Below are positions 1-11,580 of a stretch of DNA of 40,578 nt, piece by piece (position 1 is the stretch's first letter; each line of letters begins with the position of its first letter). The notes under the pieces were generated by a model. That model saw only the letters and a program-made list of their open reading frames with translations, was not told the origin of the DNA and did no database searches. A program made the translations under genes and the position numbers. Source of the DNA: Atractiella rhizophila. Lineage: Eukaryota. The stretch is from the NCBI GenBank assembly GCA_021432655.1, contig MU271601.1:1-40578 (forward strand), in the 5' to 3' direction.

Positions 1-1864
1 GAAGGTCTGCGCCTGCTTGACGAGGGCTGCACAAGCCCATAGCTTTCTCACGAGGGTCTTGTATGCTTGTTCGACCTCTACGAGTGAGATAGGGACCTGG
101 GATGGGCCGACAGGACGGGAATCGGACGGTGAAGCTCCTGGGAGAAAGCGGGGGAGGATGGTCGTTGCTCTGGAAGGAGAGGCGGGGAGGAAGGTGGAGG
201 ATGATTGGAGGTCTGAAATCTCTAGAGTCATGAGAGCGGAACGAAGGATGGTGAGTAGTTCCTGTTCGTCTCCATCCTCTTCTTCCGCTTCATCCGCATC
301 ATCGTTGTCTTCTGAATCAGAGGGGGACGGAGGAGGTCCAATACTGCTCTTTCCGGTTCCTTCTCCCGGCGTCTCCCTCTCCCCTCCTGTACTCCCCCAC
401 CCTTCTTCGTCCTCATCCTCTCCCTCCGTACTCTCCACCCTCCTCCCACCCTCTTCTTCACCCATAAGTCGACCGACAACCTTCCACTTTCCCTTCTCCA
501 ACCTCCTCCTCTTCACCTCTACCACCACATCCAGGCTTTCCAACGCCCTATCCCTCTTTCCTCCATTCATCGCCGTCGCCTCACTTGTCCTTCTCACCAG
601 GAAGGCACTAGGAGAAGACCCGGCTGGAGGACGGCGGAGGATGCCTCGAAGGACGAGTGGGGAACGAGATGGTGATCCGTCATTGTTGGTGCGAGTGCTG
701 GGAAACTGAACCGGTGTGCGGATGAGGGCGGTGGGGGAGGAGCGGGTTGAGATGGGGAAAATGGGAGAACGAGAAGAGGATGGTGGTCTAGAAGGAGTAG
801 ATGGATGGGAAGGGAATGGAGTCGAGAGGAGGGAGGCGGCAACGATCTCGTCGTCGGACAACGGTTCATCTTCTCCATCGGACTCTCGCTGAGGGAACAA
901 GATCGACTTAGGCCCAAACTCGAATGCAGGTCCCAATCCCAGACCTACAAACAGTCAACTTTCCTCTCCTTCACCACGAACGAAGAGAAAAAGGAAACGC
1001 ACCTCTAAGCGGCGTCCCCTTCGCTTCTCCATTCCCATTCACTGTAAAAGTGAACCCAGAAACCTGTCTCGCTCTCTCCCTCCTATTCTTCGTCGGACTC
1101 GACGGTGCCTTCCTCGGACTGATCCACCCTTCTCCATTTCGTTGTCTCTTCCACTTCGATGCAGAGTTTGTGACAATCTTGCGCTCCTTCCGATGAGACG
1201 GCAGACTGCGAGCTGAGGCCAATTTGAGGGAAGAAAAGAGGACGGTGCGTTTCCGCTTCTTAGGGTTTGTACTTGTGATCGGGAGGATGCGCGACGGAGA
1301 GGTCTGAGGATGAGGATGAGGACGGATAGGAGACGAATTGGACTTTTCTCGTTCGAGGAAGAACGAATCTTCGGCGTCGGCATCTGCACCATTGCTGGAC
1401 GAAGCGGAAGAGAAGGGAGATCCGAACAGCGCGACTGGAGAGACGGAGGGAGGAGGAGAAGCCGAAAAGGAAAAGTTCTTGGACGCGTCCAAATAGCTCA
1501 GTACGCGTCCGACCCCGCTCCCACTTCCATTTCCGCTTTTAAACTTGCGATCCTCGCTCCCGCTCACCTCCTTTTCCCCTTTCAGACTCGCAATAGAACC
1601 TCCTGACACCTTCCTGGGAGAGCATACGCGTGGTTCGGCGTAGGGAGAGAAGTTCTCCTTGGCTGGTGATGGCGTTGTTGACTTGGGAGTTGACGGCGGC
1701 TGGAAGAATGGCAGAGCAGTAGAGGTTGGCGTCTTCTTGCTGTGAGATGTAGGCGACGGCGGCAGAATGCTCTGCATGCTGATATCCAAGCGTAAAGTAA
1801 CCAACCCTTGTTTATCAACAGCAGCAGCACTTGGTTCTTTGACTCCTTCCGTACCTCCGTACAT
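1..1864 (-). CDS. Large S/P-rich protein, 5' part only (runs off the window); possibly Rif1 (PP1-docking N-terminus)
   Basis: ORF 971-1864(-) splices through an intron at ~945-1002 (GTGCGT...TAG on minus) into a frame that stays open to base 1. The product contains KRKRTVLF (RVxF-like), PKSILF and LRGILR (SILK/GILK-like), then a helical segment LVEVEQAYKTLVRKL that resembles the start of fungal Rif1_N. The start could be 1864 or 1777. The Rif1 identity is inference. Confidence 0.45.
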
Positions 1865-1928
1865 CAGCAGTCATCAACTCGCCACAGCATATACCAACGG
1901 CCATCCAGCTTCACTAGCCAGACGCATA

Positions 1929-2709
1929 ATGGTATGTCCTGCTACCTCCCATGGCAGCGATAGAGCTAACGCAAGGGGCGGATAGTCTACCGCCTCACGT
2001 CGACGTCTCATCCGCGACTTCAAGCGCCTAACGGCGGATCCGCCAGGTGGGATCTCTGGCGCTCCTTGTGCGGATAACATCATGTTGTGGAACGCTGTAA
2101 TCTTTGGTCCTGGTATGTCTCTTTATCTGTTCCCTTCATACGCCATTCATACGTCGTGGGGTTGTGTCGGAATGTCGTTTGACAATGGTGAGATGGTTGA
2201 ATTGCGCTGCGCTACAGAAGTCCTAACAACTTCCTCGTTTCTTTCTTCTTACCAATGTCTCTTCACTCTCAACCGTTCTTCTTTCTAACTCCATTACAAT
2301 CATAAACCCGATCATCACGCTAACTCCTATCTGTCTGTTCCCAAAAGCCGAAACACCTTTCGAAGACGGCACCTTCCGTCTCCTCCTCACCTTCGACGAG
2401 TCCTACCCAAACAAGCCACCATCCGTGCGCTTCGTGTCCAAAATGTTCCATCCCAACGTCTACGGCGACGGCAACCTCTGTCTGGACATCCTCCAAAACC
2501 GTTGGTCGCCAACCTACGACGTCTCCGCCATCCTCACCTCCATCCAATCCCTCCTCCACGATCCCAATCCCAACAGTCCCGCCAACGTCGAGGCCGCCCA
2601 GCTGTACAGGGAGAATAGGAGGGAGTACGAGAGGAGGGTCAGGGAGGTGGTCGAGCTGAGTTGGGTCGATGAGGAGGACAAGACGGCGGAGGGGACCGCT
2701 AAGGCTTGA
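1929..2709 (+). CDS. RAD6: Ubiquitin-conjugating enzyme E2 Rad6/Ubc2
   Basis: Exons 1929-1931 (ATG only), 1986-2112 and 2348-2709 give [16 protein letters not shown]...[18 protein letters not shown]...[27 protein letters not shown]...DPNPNSPAN. This is the canonical Rad6 sequence with the catalytic Cys. Confidence 0.97.
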
Positions 2710-3193
2710 CGATTCTTCGCTTTCACGCTTGATTCAGGTGATGGTGTGATGGAAGTAATGCTCGACAGTGAGCATTCGTTGGTTTCGTGACTTACTAGTA
2801 GTTGTCCGGAGTGGGAGGGGTAGAAACCTGCTTTGTTCTTTGTACAGTATCGGACCTGTACTTGTTTAGCAGAGTACAATCAGTATCATTCATTAGCTCG
2901 CTATCCATCGCATCGCCGTCATCGGGAATTATAACTCGTCTCATTAAGACTAAACGGACATATCAAAGTTATACAGTATTGTACCTAAATATTCACGCAA
3001 CCAACTCCACGTAAAAATTTTATCTCCTCTACTCTCTCTACCTTCCCTCCCAGCAGGGCATTCAAACTCAAACTCAAACAATTAGTCAGAACACAACGAA
3101 AAGAGTCTGAAAAGTCTCTCATCTCTCCGAGATCACACCACAACCTTCGTACTTTATTACTTTTCCCGTCTCTCCACCTCTACAAGGACCTCC

Positions 3194-4444
3194 TCACCAA
3201 AACCTCAGGGCCATCCAAATCAGTCCACCAGCCAACACCGGGATGGTCAAATTATCGTCGGCGCCGGCCAGGTCCAATCCCTCCGCAATCGCGCCCGCGA
3301 AGCCGCAGACGAGAGCGAGCAAGAACAGGGGCATATTGGATTCCGGTCTTGGGAGCACGGGCAGGAACGTGGGTTGGGGAGGCAGAGAGCGCGGTGGGAG
3401 AGGTTGAGACGACCAGGAGAGGTCCGATGGGTTTCCGAAGGAGGAGAGAGGGAAGAACAGGAGGGCAGAGAGCGCGCCGGCGGCTGTTACGCAATCATGG
3501 AATGTCAGTAGAATGAACGGGAAACTTGGTGAGGAAAGGGGGATAGGTGGGATGTAGACGCACCGAATGCGCCTAAGAAACCGGCGAAGGACTTCTTTGC
3601 GCCGAAGGGGAAAGGGAGCTTCGGTGTGTAACGACCGTATAGGCGACCGAAAACGGAGGCGGAGGTATCGCACCAGGAGAGGATGAGGATTGCCAGGGTG
3701 GCAATGTCTAGAGGGAGGGTGGAGAGTACCGCAAGGACTCCTGAACAATTCCAACATACAACCGTCAACACCAAAAGACCCAGAGGAGGGGGAAACAAAC
3801 CGATCAAGTAGAAGACGACACCGTTCGGCCCTTTCTTCTCGCTCTCTCGCATCAAGGGACCCAAGACGCGCTCATAAATTTTCTCAAAGGAAGGAGAACG
3901 CAGACGCAGAATGTCGGCGCTGCCTATGACGACGAGAGCAGGGAACAGGGTGAAGATGATGGATCGGACTGGGGTGCGGTAAATGTACAAGCCGAGGGTT
4001 ACGAATCCTTTATCCCAGATTACCCTTTACTCTCTCACCGAGGGAGGGATAAAGAAAGAAAGACGGACCGATGCTAGAATGCAAGACTTTGCGAGGAACC
4101 TCGTAAACCTCCCACCAGCCGTTCTTCGCCTTCTCCTTCTTCACCACCTCCGGCAACCCACTCAGCCTCCGGGTCTTCTCGAGCGTGACCCTCCTCTGCA
4201 ACAGCTTTCCCTCGCCGGCGCTGTTGCCGCTGCCTTTGCGTCTGCCATGTGCTGGGGTCGCCGGGAGATGGGTGAACGTCGGCGTTGGCGTTGACGGAGG
4301 CGAAGGGGACGACGGAGGTGGAGACGAGAGACGCCTGAGCATCGACGGGCTGCTTTCTAGTAAGGCCGAGGTGGGACGCTTGGAGTTGGACTGGGAGAAG
4401 CGACGCTGGGTTGAAATGAGAAGGGGCGGGTCGTGCATTGACAT
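3194..4444 (-). CDS. DGK1: CTP-dependent diacylglycerol kinase (Dgk1 family)
   Basis: Motifs spread across spliced ORFs: YEVPRKVLHSSIG, LMRESEK..NGVVFYLIG, LSWCDTSASVFGRLYG, KKSFAGF and DDNLTIPV. The start is uncertain (4444, 4438 or 4342). Confidence 0.9.
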
Positions 4445-4690
4445 TACTCCTGCATCATCGTCATACCATCCGATATTAATAACCATTCCTTCTATTTTGC
4501 AGTAGTAAATACGCACCTATGCCTGAACCTGGAGAGCAGCCTGTGGATGGCAAGCGACAGCTGGGAAGGGAAAGGGAAAGGGTCGTGTGAATTCGTCGAT
4601 ATTGCGAAATTGCGAACTCTTCCTCATCCGGTATTACACGGACTCACAACGTACTAGCTGGAGCTAAACTTTAAAGCGTCACTGTTTTCT

Positions 4691-4722
4691 TTGCACGTGA
4701 CGCGATGTTTGGCAATATAAAG
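4691..4722 (+). promoter_or_regulatory. Putative H4 promoter: CACGTGAC/ACGCG motif plus TATA-like box
   Basis: TTGCACGTGACGCG at 4691-4704 followed by AATATAAA ~110 nt upstream of the H4 ATG. Confidence 0.4.
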
Positions 4723-4831
4723 GGTCAGCTTTCCAATCCCAATTTCTTCCCCAACTTGCTCATTTACTCTTCATCCATCACCACCCCTTCCAATAACAAC
4801 TCAGCTTCTCAGCAAAGTCAATCAATCAATC

Positions 4832-5335
4832 ATGTCTGGACGCGGAAAAGGCGGAAAAGGATTGGGAAAGGGTGGAGCCAAGAGGCATAGGAAGATTCTG
4901 AGGGATAAGTATGTCATCCCTTTTTCTATTTTTCATGGTCAAGCACGCGTCGAAGGCGATGTTGACGCTTTTCTGTGGAACAGCATCCAAGGAATTACCA
5001 AACCTGCCATCCGTCGTCTCGCACGTCGAGGAGGTGTCAAGCGGTTCGTCTTTGCTTTATTCTATCTCTATGTCGTAGATACTAAGGTGACATGGTGGTT
5101 AGTATCTCTGGACTCATCTACGAGGAGACTCGAAGCGTGCTCAAGATCTTCCTCGAGAACGTTATTAGGGATTCAGTCACGTACACTGAACACGCGAAGC
5201 GAAAGGTACGCGCTTCTCTCCTCTTTGTAGAAGAGAGAGGTGTTGAGGTGGATTGTGGTATAGACTGTCACGTCTCTCGATGTCGTCTACGCGTTGAAGA
5301 GGCAAGGAAGGACGCTCTACGGTTTCGGCGCGTAA
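4832..5335 (+). CDS. HHF1: Histone H4
   Basis: Introns 4909-4983, 5044-5102 and 5206-5263. The spliced product is [103 protein letters not shown]. Confidence 0.98.
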
Positions 5336-5790
5336 TCTCGTCCATCCATCCTCCACTCCATGTTCTATTATGGTATGTGGCTCCCGTTTTGGTTTCTCAA
5401 AGCACTGACGCTGAGTTTGTTGTTCAGGTCACCATCTCATCTCGTCCAATTGTGAACACCTTCGTCTTTTCCATGTCTATATATCCGCGCCTATGCGACC
5501 CGATAGTATGAAATGTTGATTATGTACCCCATATTGCTCCTTTTCATTGTAAAGTGCCAGCTTGCAGATCCTATTGGTATCTGCCAAGTTCAACAGAGAT
5601 GCCCTGAGCGTGAAGTGCAACCTGCTTTTAACTTGACAGTTATTCGAGTTCCTTGTAGTAATTATGTCGTGGACAGAGGACGTCATTTGATACTGATACA
5701 TTTCATTGTCAGCGCTTGGATAGCAGGTTACACGCTTTCGCGAGCCTTCTACTGACTGCTGCTGTAACAGTCATATTGTTGACAAGCCAC

Positions 5791-7069
5791 TCATGTGTTG
5801 CGATGCACAACTTGGGCCGACTGCACACGCCAATCCTCAATCAGCTCTTGTTGGGAGAAGGAAAGTGCAGAGGGACGTACAGCTTGCGCACTGGGGAAGA
5901 CGAGGACTTCAGCTATGTTTACTCTCTGCGTCCATTCATATGCTGAGTAAATCTATCCAAATGAAGGTGAAATGGGAATACAAACCTCAGGCCGTGAAGC
6001 AACCCAGACAATCTCCTCCGCAACGTCCACAGGCGTGAGAGGCTCTAAACCTGTTCGCACGCAACAAAAATTTCAACGTTCCTCTTGCTTGCACCGGAGA
6101 GACACAGACCAGAATAAACGTTATCCGCCTTCTGCTTATCACCCCTAAACCTCGTCACAGAAAAGTTTGTCTCGACCATACCAGGCTGGACCTCCGATAC
6201 TCTGACGTTATAAGAAACAAGCTCTTTGAGGAGCGAAGTCGTGAACGCTCTCACCGCGTGCTTGGTAGCGCAGTAGATGGAGCCACCGGCATATGCTTCG
6301 CGGCCGGCGATCGAGCCTAGTTGGATGATGTGGCCTGAATTCCGAGCCTTGAATTCTAGGAAATTTGGTTGAGTGACGGGTAGAGAGTCAGGAATGAGAC
6401 AGCACTGACGATTCACGAAGAGTTGGGTGATATGAATCAGGCCGAGGACGTTGATGTCTACATGTTTGATATGAGAAGATTAGGAGGAAAGGGGAGAGGA
6501 CATACTGAACATGGTTTCAACATCGCTATCGGTGACTTCTCCCACCTTCTCCACTCCAAAAACGAGTCCAGCATTGTTCACCTATTCACGTAAACAGTAA
6601 AATCACATCAGTCTTCACTGCAAGCGTGATCGCTGATTCAGCTCAACAAAGACGGAAACGCACCAGAATATCCACAGGGCCAAGCCCTGCCTCCTCGATC
6701 TTTTTAGGCAATGCATCCGTCGATGCCTTATCCGACACATCGTGCTCCAAGCAAAGAGTTTTCACACCTTCAATCTTTGCCGCTACCTTCTTCAACTCCT
6801 CCAGCCTCCTCGCAGTGAGGACGACATTCGAGCCTGCCTGTCAGAATAATATTTTCAGCTCGATTGACAAGCGTGCCAAGGAGAAAGGGACAGGTACCTT
6901 TCCGAATAATATAGCTGTCTCTGCACCAATCCCGCCAGAGGCACCTAACAGCCAATATCTCAGCTCAGATGCTCTAACCCCAAGCCCAAAAGTAATTTGC
7001 AATGATCGAGCACTCACCAGTTACGAGCACGGTCTTTCCTTGCAATCTGCTCGTGTTAAACACAGACAT
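5791..7069 (-). CDS. NADP(+)-dependent short-chain dehydrogenase (YdfG/YMR226C-like 3-hydroxy acid dehydrogenase)
   Basis: MSVFNTSRLQGKTVLVTGASGGIG (TGxxxGIG), NNAG, GSIAGREAYAGGSIYCATKHAV (YxxxK), PGMVETNFSVTRFRGD, LTPVDVAEEIVWVASRP and the end ...AQASAQVVHRNT*. Multiple short GT-AG introns. Confidence 0.92.
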
Positions 7070-7253
7070 CGTACTGTTATATCTCCTAACGAGCGATCCG
7101 TAAGCGCCTAATCTTCTCAAAGAGAAATGTTGAAGGGAGAAATGCTGCAATGGTTGTCTCATAAAGCACGATATCGCGATGGTGCATTTCGTGGGGGTGT
7201 TCGGCCCGGGATCCGATACATGATTGCACAACATATTTGTTGGATCGTTGATT

Positions 7254-8476
7254 ATGGAGAGCGAGAAGATTGTCCTGCCTGGCCAGCCCTTGAGCCCTGA
7301 TAACGGCGCGAGTGGCCAATGTAAAGGTGGAAGTGGGACTTTCACGAGGGATGGACGAGTTTTCAGTAGTTTGTTCGGGAGAGCGAGAAAGGTTGGAGAG
7401 GTGAGTCGTTTGTCTGTTTTGTAATTGAGGGATGCGTTGTGATTTTTATGAGCTGTGCCGTCATTTGCTCAGAAATGGTAGGCATTTGTGCTGTCTTTAA
7501 GGGACATCATAATGGCTCAAGGTGAATGCCAGCTCACCAATCCATGTATACAATACATTCAACTTGGTGTTGCATTACAGGGGCTGTTACACTTTTGAAG
7601 TAATCGCATCTAGCCGCTGAACGAAGTAGACCATGACAAGCACTCGTTAGGTGCAACTATGCGTGATGGGACTTCCTGCGCGATCTTATCCATCAAAATG
7701 TGTTTCTCAGACTCTTAGTTTAGACTCCTTATCCTTCTACAAAGGTTTCAATGAACATTTTTCCTCGTATGGGCACTCCCTTTGATGGTGCCCCCGCATC
7801 TCATGCTCCTCTTCCTGAACATGGCTCCAGCATACTTTTTGTCTACTGCTTGCCCTTAGAGCAGGTACGACCAATGCATAACACTCCAGCTTGATCTGCT
7901 CGTTGCTGACGATGACTTCATTAGACGGTCACAGTAATGACTCCTCGCACTACACTCTCAGTATCAGCCATCCCGACACCAGGCAGTCTGATAACAGGAC
8001 AAGTGACTCGCCTCTCCCGCCGAGATGCAACATTGTTGATCCTAACAATTGATGGGATTCCTGTACCAATTGGCAGCGAGTTCATAGGAGTGATCAGGAT
8101 CAACGATGTGAGAGAGACGAAAAAGACAAGATCAAGATTTGGAACTGTTTTCGAGGGGGAGATACGGTGAGGGCCAGGGTAGTAAGTCGTTGTTCTCGTG
8201 TGCTTTTGCGAGAAGAGATGTACGATTCATGTTTACTTCTATGATAGATTTCGCTTGGAGACTCAAGGAACTACTTCCTGTCGACTGCTGAGGACGCTTT
8301 GGGAGTCATTTCCGCGATCAGTCCGGCGGGAAGGGTCATGATTCCCTGTGAGCTTAATCCTCCTCTCTGCCTGCGAAACTTAAGAAATGGTGAAAGCGAA
8401 CTGGGAGGAGATGCGCGATCCCTTTTCTGGCGAAGTTGAGAGTCGGAAAGTGGCGGGGCCACTGACGCAGGCATGA
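7254..8476 (+). CDS. CSL4: Exosome complex cap subunit Csl4 (apparent 1-nt frameshift at ~8119)
   Basis: MESEKIVLPGQPL..GSGTF, then after intron 7401-7924 the S1 domain IPTPGSLITGQVTRL..FIGVIRINDVR. In the -1 frame it continues EKDKIKIWNCFRGGDTVRARV|ISLGDSRNYFLSTA and ends NWEEMRDPFSGEVESRKVAGP. Confidence 0.9.
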
Positions 8477-9157
8477 TATATTGCAGCTTCCCTCAAATAT
8501 ACCTGGGCTGGCTGGCGCGCACACATAGACCCATTGGCGCCGGCGCAGAGCATACTGGTTACTCCAGGATACGGAATCTGACGGGCTCTTTCTGACTCCC
8601 AGCCCTCTTTCCTCCGTGTGTTCTCCGCGACACCTTTACTTTCAGAAATTTGCACATTCTACCAAATTTAGACTGTAGACTCATGTCACTTCTGATCACA
8701 GTTGGGTGAGTCTGGGGGAGCTCGAGGGAGGGTTAAGAAGGAACGGCTTCTTGTCGAACCGAAGGGCGTCACAACCTTGTCGTACCGCGCCGGTTGTGGA
8801 TGAAACTGAATAGGCAATCATGTTCTGCTTATAGTACGCTGGCAGTAGTACCACTCTGAGTTGTCAGCTTGTCTTGTAACATGTTAGCGAAGTCGAAAGA
8901 GTCGGATTCGCGCGTGATGTGCCGGTCATGCCGCTTCAAAGATCAACCATAAAAGCATCAGGTTCTGCCCCCCCTCAAAATGTCTAATACTAGAGCTGTG
9001 AGAGTGGTGTTGGGAGCACTTTATCTGTGCCACTAACGTGCTCAGATTTTAGAGTCGTCGCCAGCAAGTGAGTTTGCATCCTCGCTGTCCTCAAGTTGTA
9101 CCTGAGAAGTCATGGCTGGTGGAAGAGCAGTGAATCCCAGTCTGCAATCTTGAAAGG

Positions 9158-11170
9158 ATGGGAGAAAACTCGGTCGATGTAAAGCGGTCTTCCATGGCAA
9201 CTTTCGTTGATGAACCGAGCGTGGAAGCGCAAGCTCAAGCGGACAACAAGTGCGATGATAATGAAAAGGTGGATATGGAAGCAATTACACCCCAAGCGGC
9301 TCCCAGCGACTTCCCTGATGGTGGAAGGGACGCCTGGCTCGTAGTATTAGGAGCTTGGTGTGTTGGATTTGCTACATTTGGCGTGGGTAAGCGTCACATT
9401 ACAAGTCTTGCATTCGCTGAATGGATATTTAATAGTGAATGGATGGGGAGCATGCCAAAATTACTATAGTACCCATCAGTTGTCGGACAAAAATCAGTCG
9501 GACATCTCTTGGATAGGTGCGCGCTGAGAAAGAATACATTGAAACCTTAGCTCAGTACACTTGCAGGAAGTTTGCAACTGGCGTTCCTGTTTTTTGGTGG
9601 GGTTATTTCAGGTCAGTGGAATCCGGTGGATATGTGGTGAATTTGACGGATATCTGTTAGGACGACTATTCGATGCAGGGTACCTGCATGTCCTGATGGG
9701 CATTGGGACGATACTTTCATCTCTTTGCTTCTTTCTCACGAGTATTTGTACCGAGTACTGGCACTTCATTCTTTGTCAGGGTCTGGGCATGGGAGTAAGC
9801 TTCTTTTCCCTACTCGAAGGCAAGGCAAGATCTAATGTCTTGCAGATTGGATTCGGAATCTTATTTATTCCTGCCGTGTCTTGTATATCACACTGGTGGA
9901 AAGGTCGTAGAGGACTTGCACTCGGAGTGATGATGACAGGTATGCAGCTGTCCTCCCTTCAATTTTGATAGCCAGCTTAGTGATCTTTACGCAGGGTCCT
10001 CAATTGGTGGAATCATCTTCCCCATTATGTTCAATAAACTGTTCCACTCGAGTATTGGCTTCGGTTGGTAAGTAAATACCGCCAGCATCAAATCCCGCAA
10101 CTAACTCTCGTGCTGAATCTCAAGGGCTATCCGAGCAGCAGCTCTGGTCGAACTAGTAGTGTTGATGATTGCAAATGTGACTCTAAAAGCGAGACTTCCT
10201 CCACGCAAGAAGGGGCAATTCATCCAGCTCTCTGCATTGAAAGAAAACGGTGCGCGATTCGCCCTTTGCTGTAAATCAACTGAATTTGCCACAGAATTCG
10301 TTTTGCTGTTTGGGGGATGCTTCTTTGTCCTACTGGGGCTATATGTGCCAATTTTCTACCTAGAAACGTGTAAGCTCTCATGATTTTCGTCACTACCACC
10401 TCAGCTCAAAGATTTCATGGCAGTTGCCCAGAAAGCAGGCGTATCTCCAACGCTAGTGGAATATGTACTCCCAATTTTCAATGCAGCTTCTATATTCGGA
10501 AGGTGGCTGCCCAACTGGTTTGTCACTACTCTGTGTGATGTATCGGGAGCTCAACATCTTTTCAGGTACGCGGACAGGCTAGGACCATTCAACGTCCACA
10601 TTCCTTGTACCTTCATCAGTGGTGCACTGGTGTTTGTATGGCTGGCGACTGGAAACACAGGTGGAGTACGTCTTCTCCCAACTTTCGCGACATGTTAAAG
10701 GTGATCCTCATCATGCTAGACGATTGCTTTTGCTATAATTTATGGATTTACAAGCGGGGTATGGCAGAGCACAATCCCTGCAATGATGGTTGGTACCGTT
10801 CTTTCCCTCGTAGGATTGCCTATTCAGTCCAGCTCAACAGGCCAGGATAACTCGCCGGATGGATGAGATGGGTGCACGATTAGGTATGTCTCTTCATATA
10901 AAGGATACCACAACTCAATGTTGCGGCAGGACTACTTTTCATTGGAAATTCCATAGCATCCTTAATTGGCACCCCCATAGCTGGAGCAATAATTTCATCG
11001 CAGAATGGCTCTTACACAGGATGCGCGATTTATGGAGGCGTGTGTGGTTTTGCTTCATCTTGTGAACCAAAATTGACCATTTGGCCTAGGTTTGCGTTAT
11101 CTTCGGAGTGACTCTTGTCTTCATTGCGCGATGGATCTGGGTCAAAAAATCAAAAATACCCTGGGTGTGA
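9158..11170 (+). CDS. MFS monocarboxylate-transporter-like protein (Mch/riboflavin transporter family)
   Basis: [67 protein letters not shown] and EMGARLG. More than 15 short introns. Confidence 0.88.
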
Positions 11171-11580
11171 TGTGTAACCTAGCTCTAAGATCTACAAAGA
11201 GTTACATTTCTCTCATCTTTAAACATCCTACCTATTCGACAATGTGGGCCATTTGGATCTGCGGAGCAGTTTATATGAACGCATCATGCTTCCTCCAGTG
11301 GCCGGGGCTGTCATTAATCGCTTAGTGAACTCGCGCGGTGCGCGTCTTACATGAGCCGGTCATTGAGATCTTACAGCAAGCACGACCGCGATGCTGTTTG
11401 CAGATGGTGCATCATTGGTAAGATCACATAATTTCGGAGGGACCGGTGCCCGTCAGCGTCAGCCCGTTGGTCTGTTATCGTGCAACGGCAAATATAAAGA
11501 ACACTACGTTGAGCTGTGTGCGGCTCTCGATTCTTCACCCCGCCGCACCTTAGGTCCAGTTGCTGAAGCAAGAGAACACG

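Noticed and set aside
17..709. Long antisense/shadow ORFs (e.g. 17-709+, 19391-20221-, 36410-36970-, 17813-18523-)
   Set aside because: They lie opposite well-supported genes and translate to low-complexity mirror sequence with no recognisable motifs.
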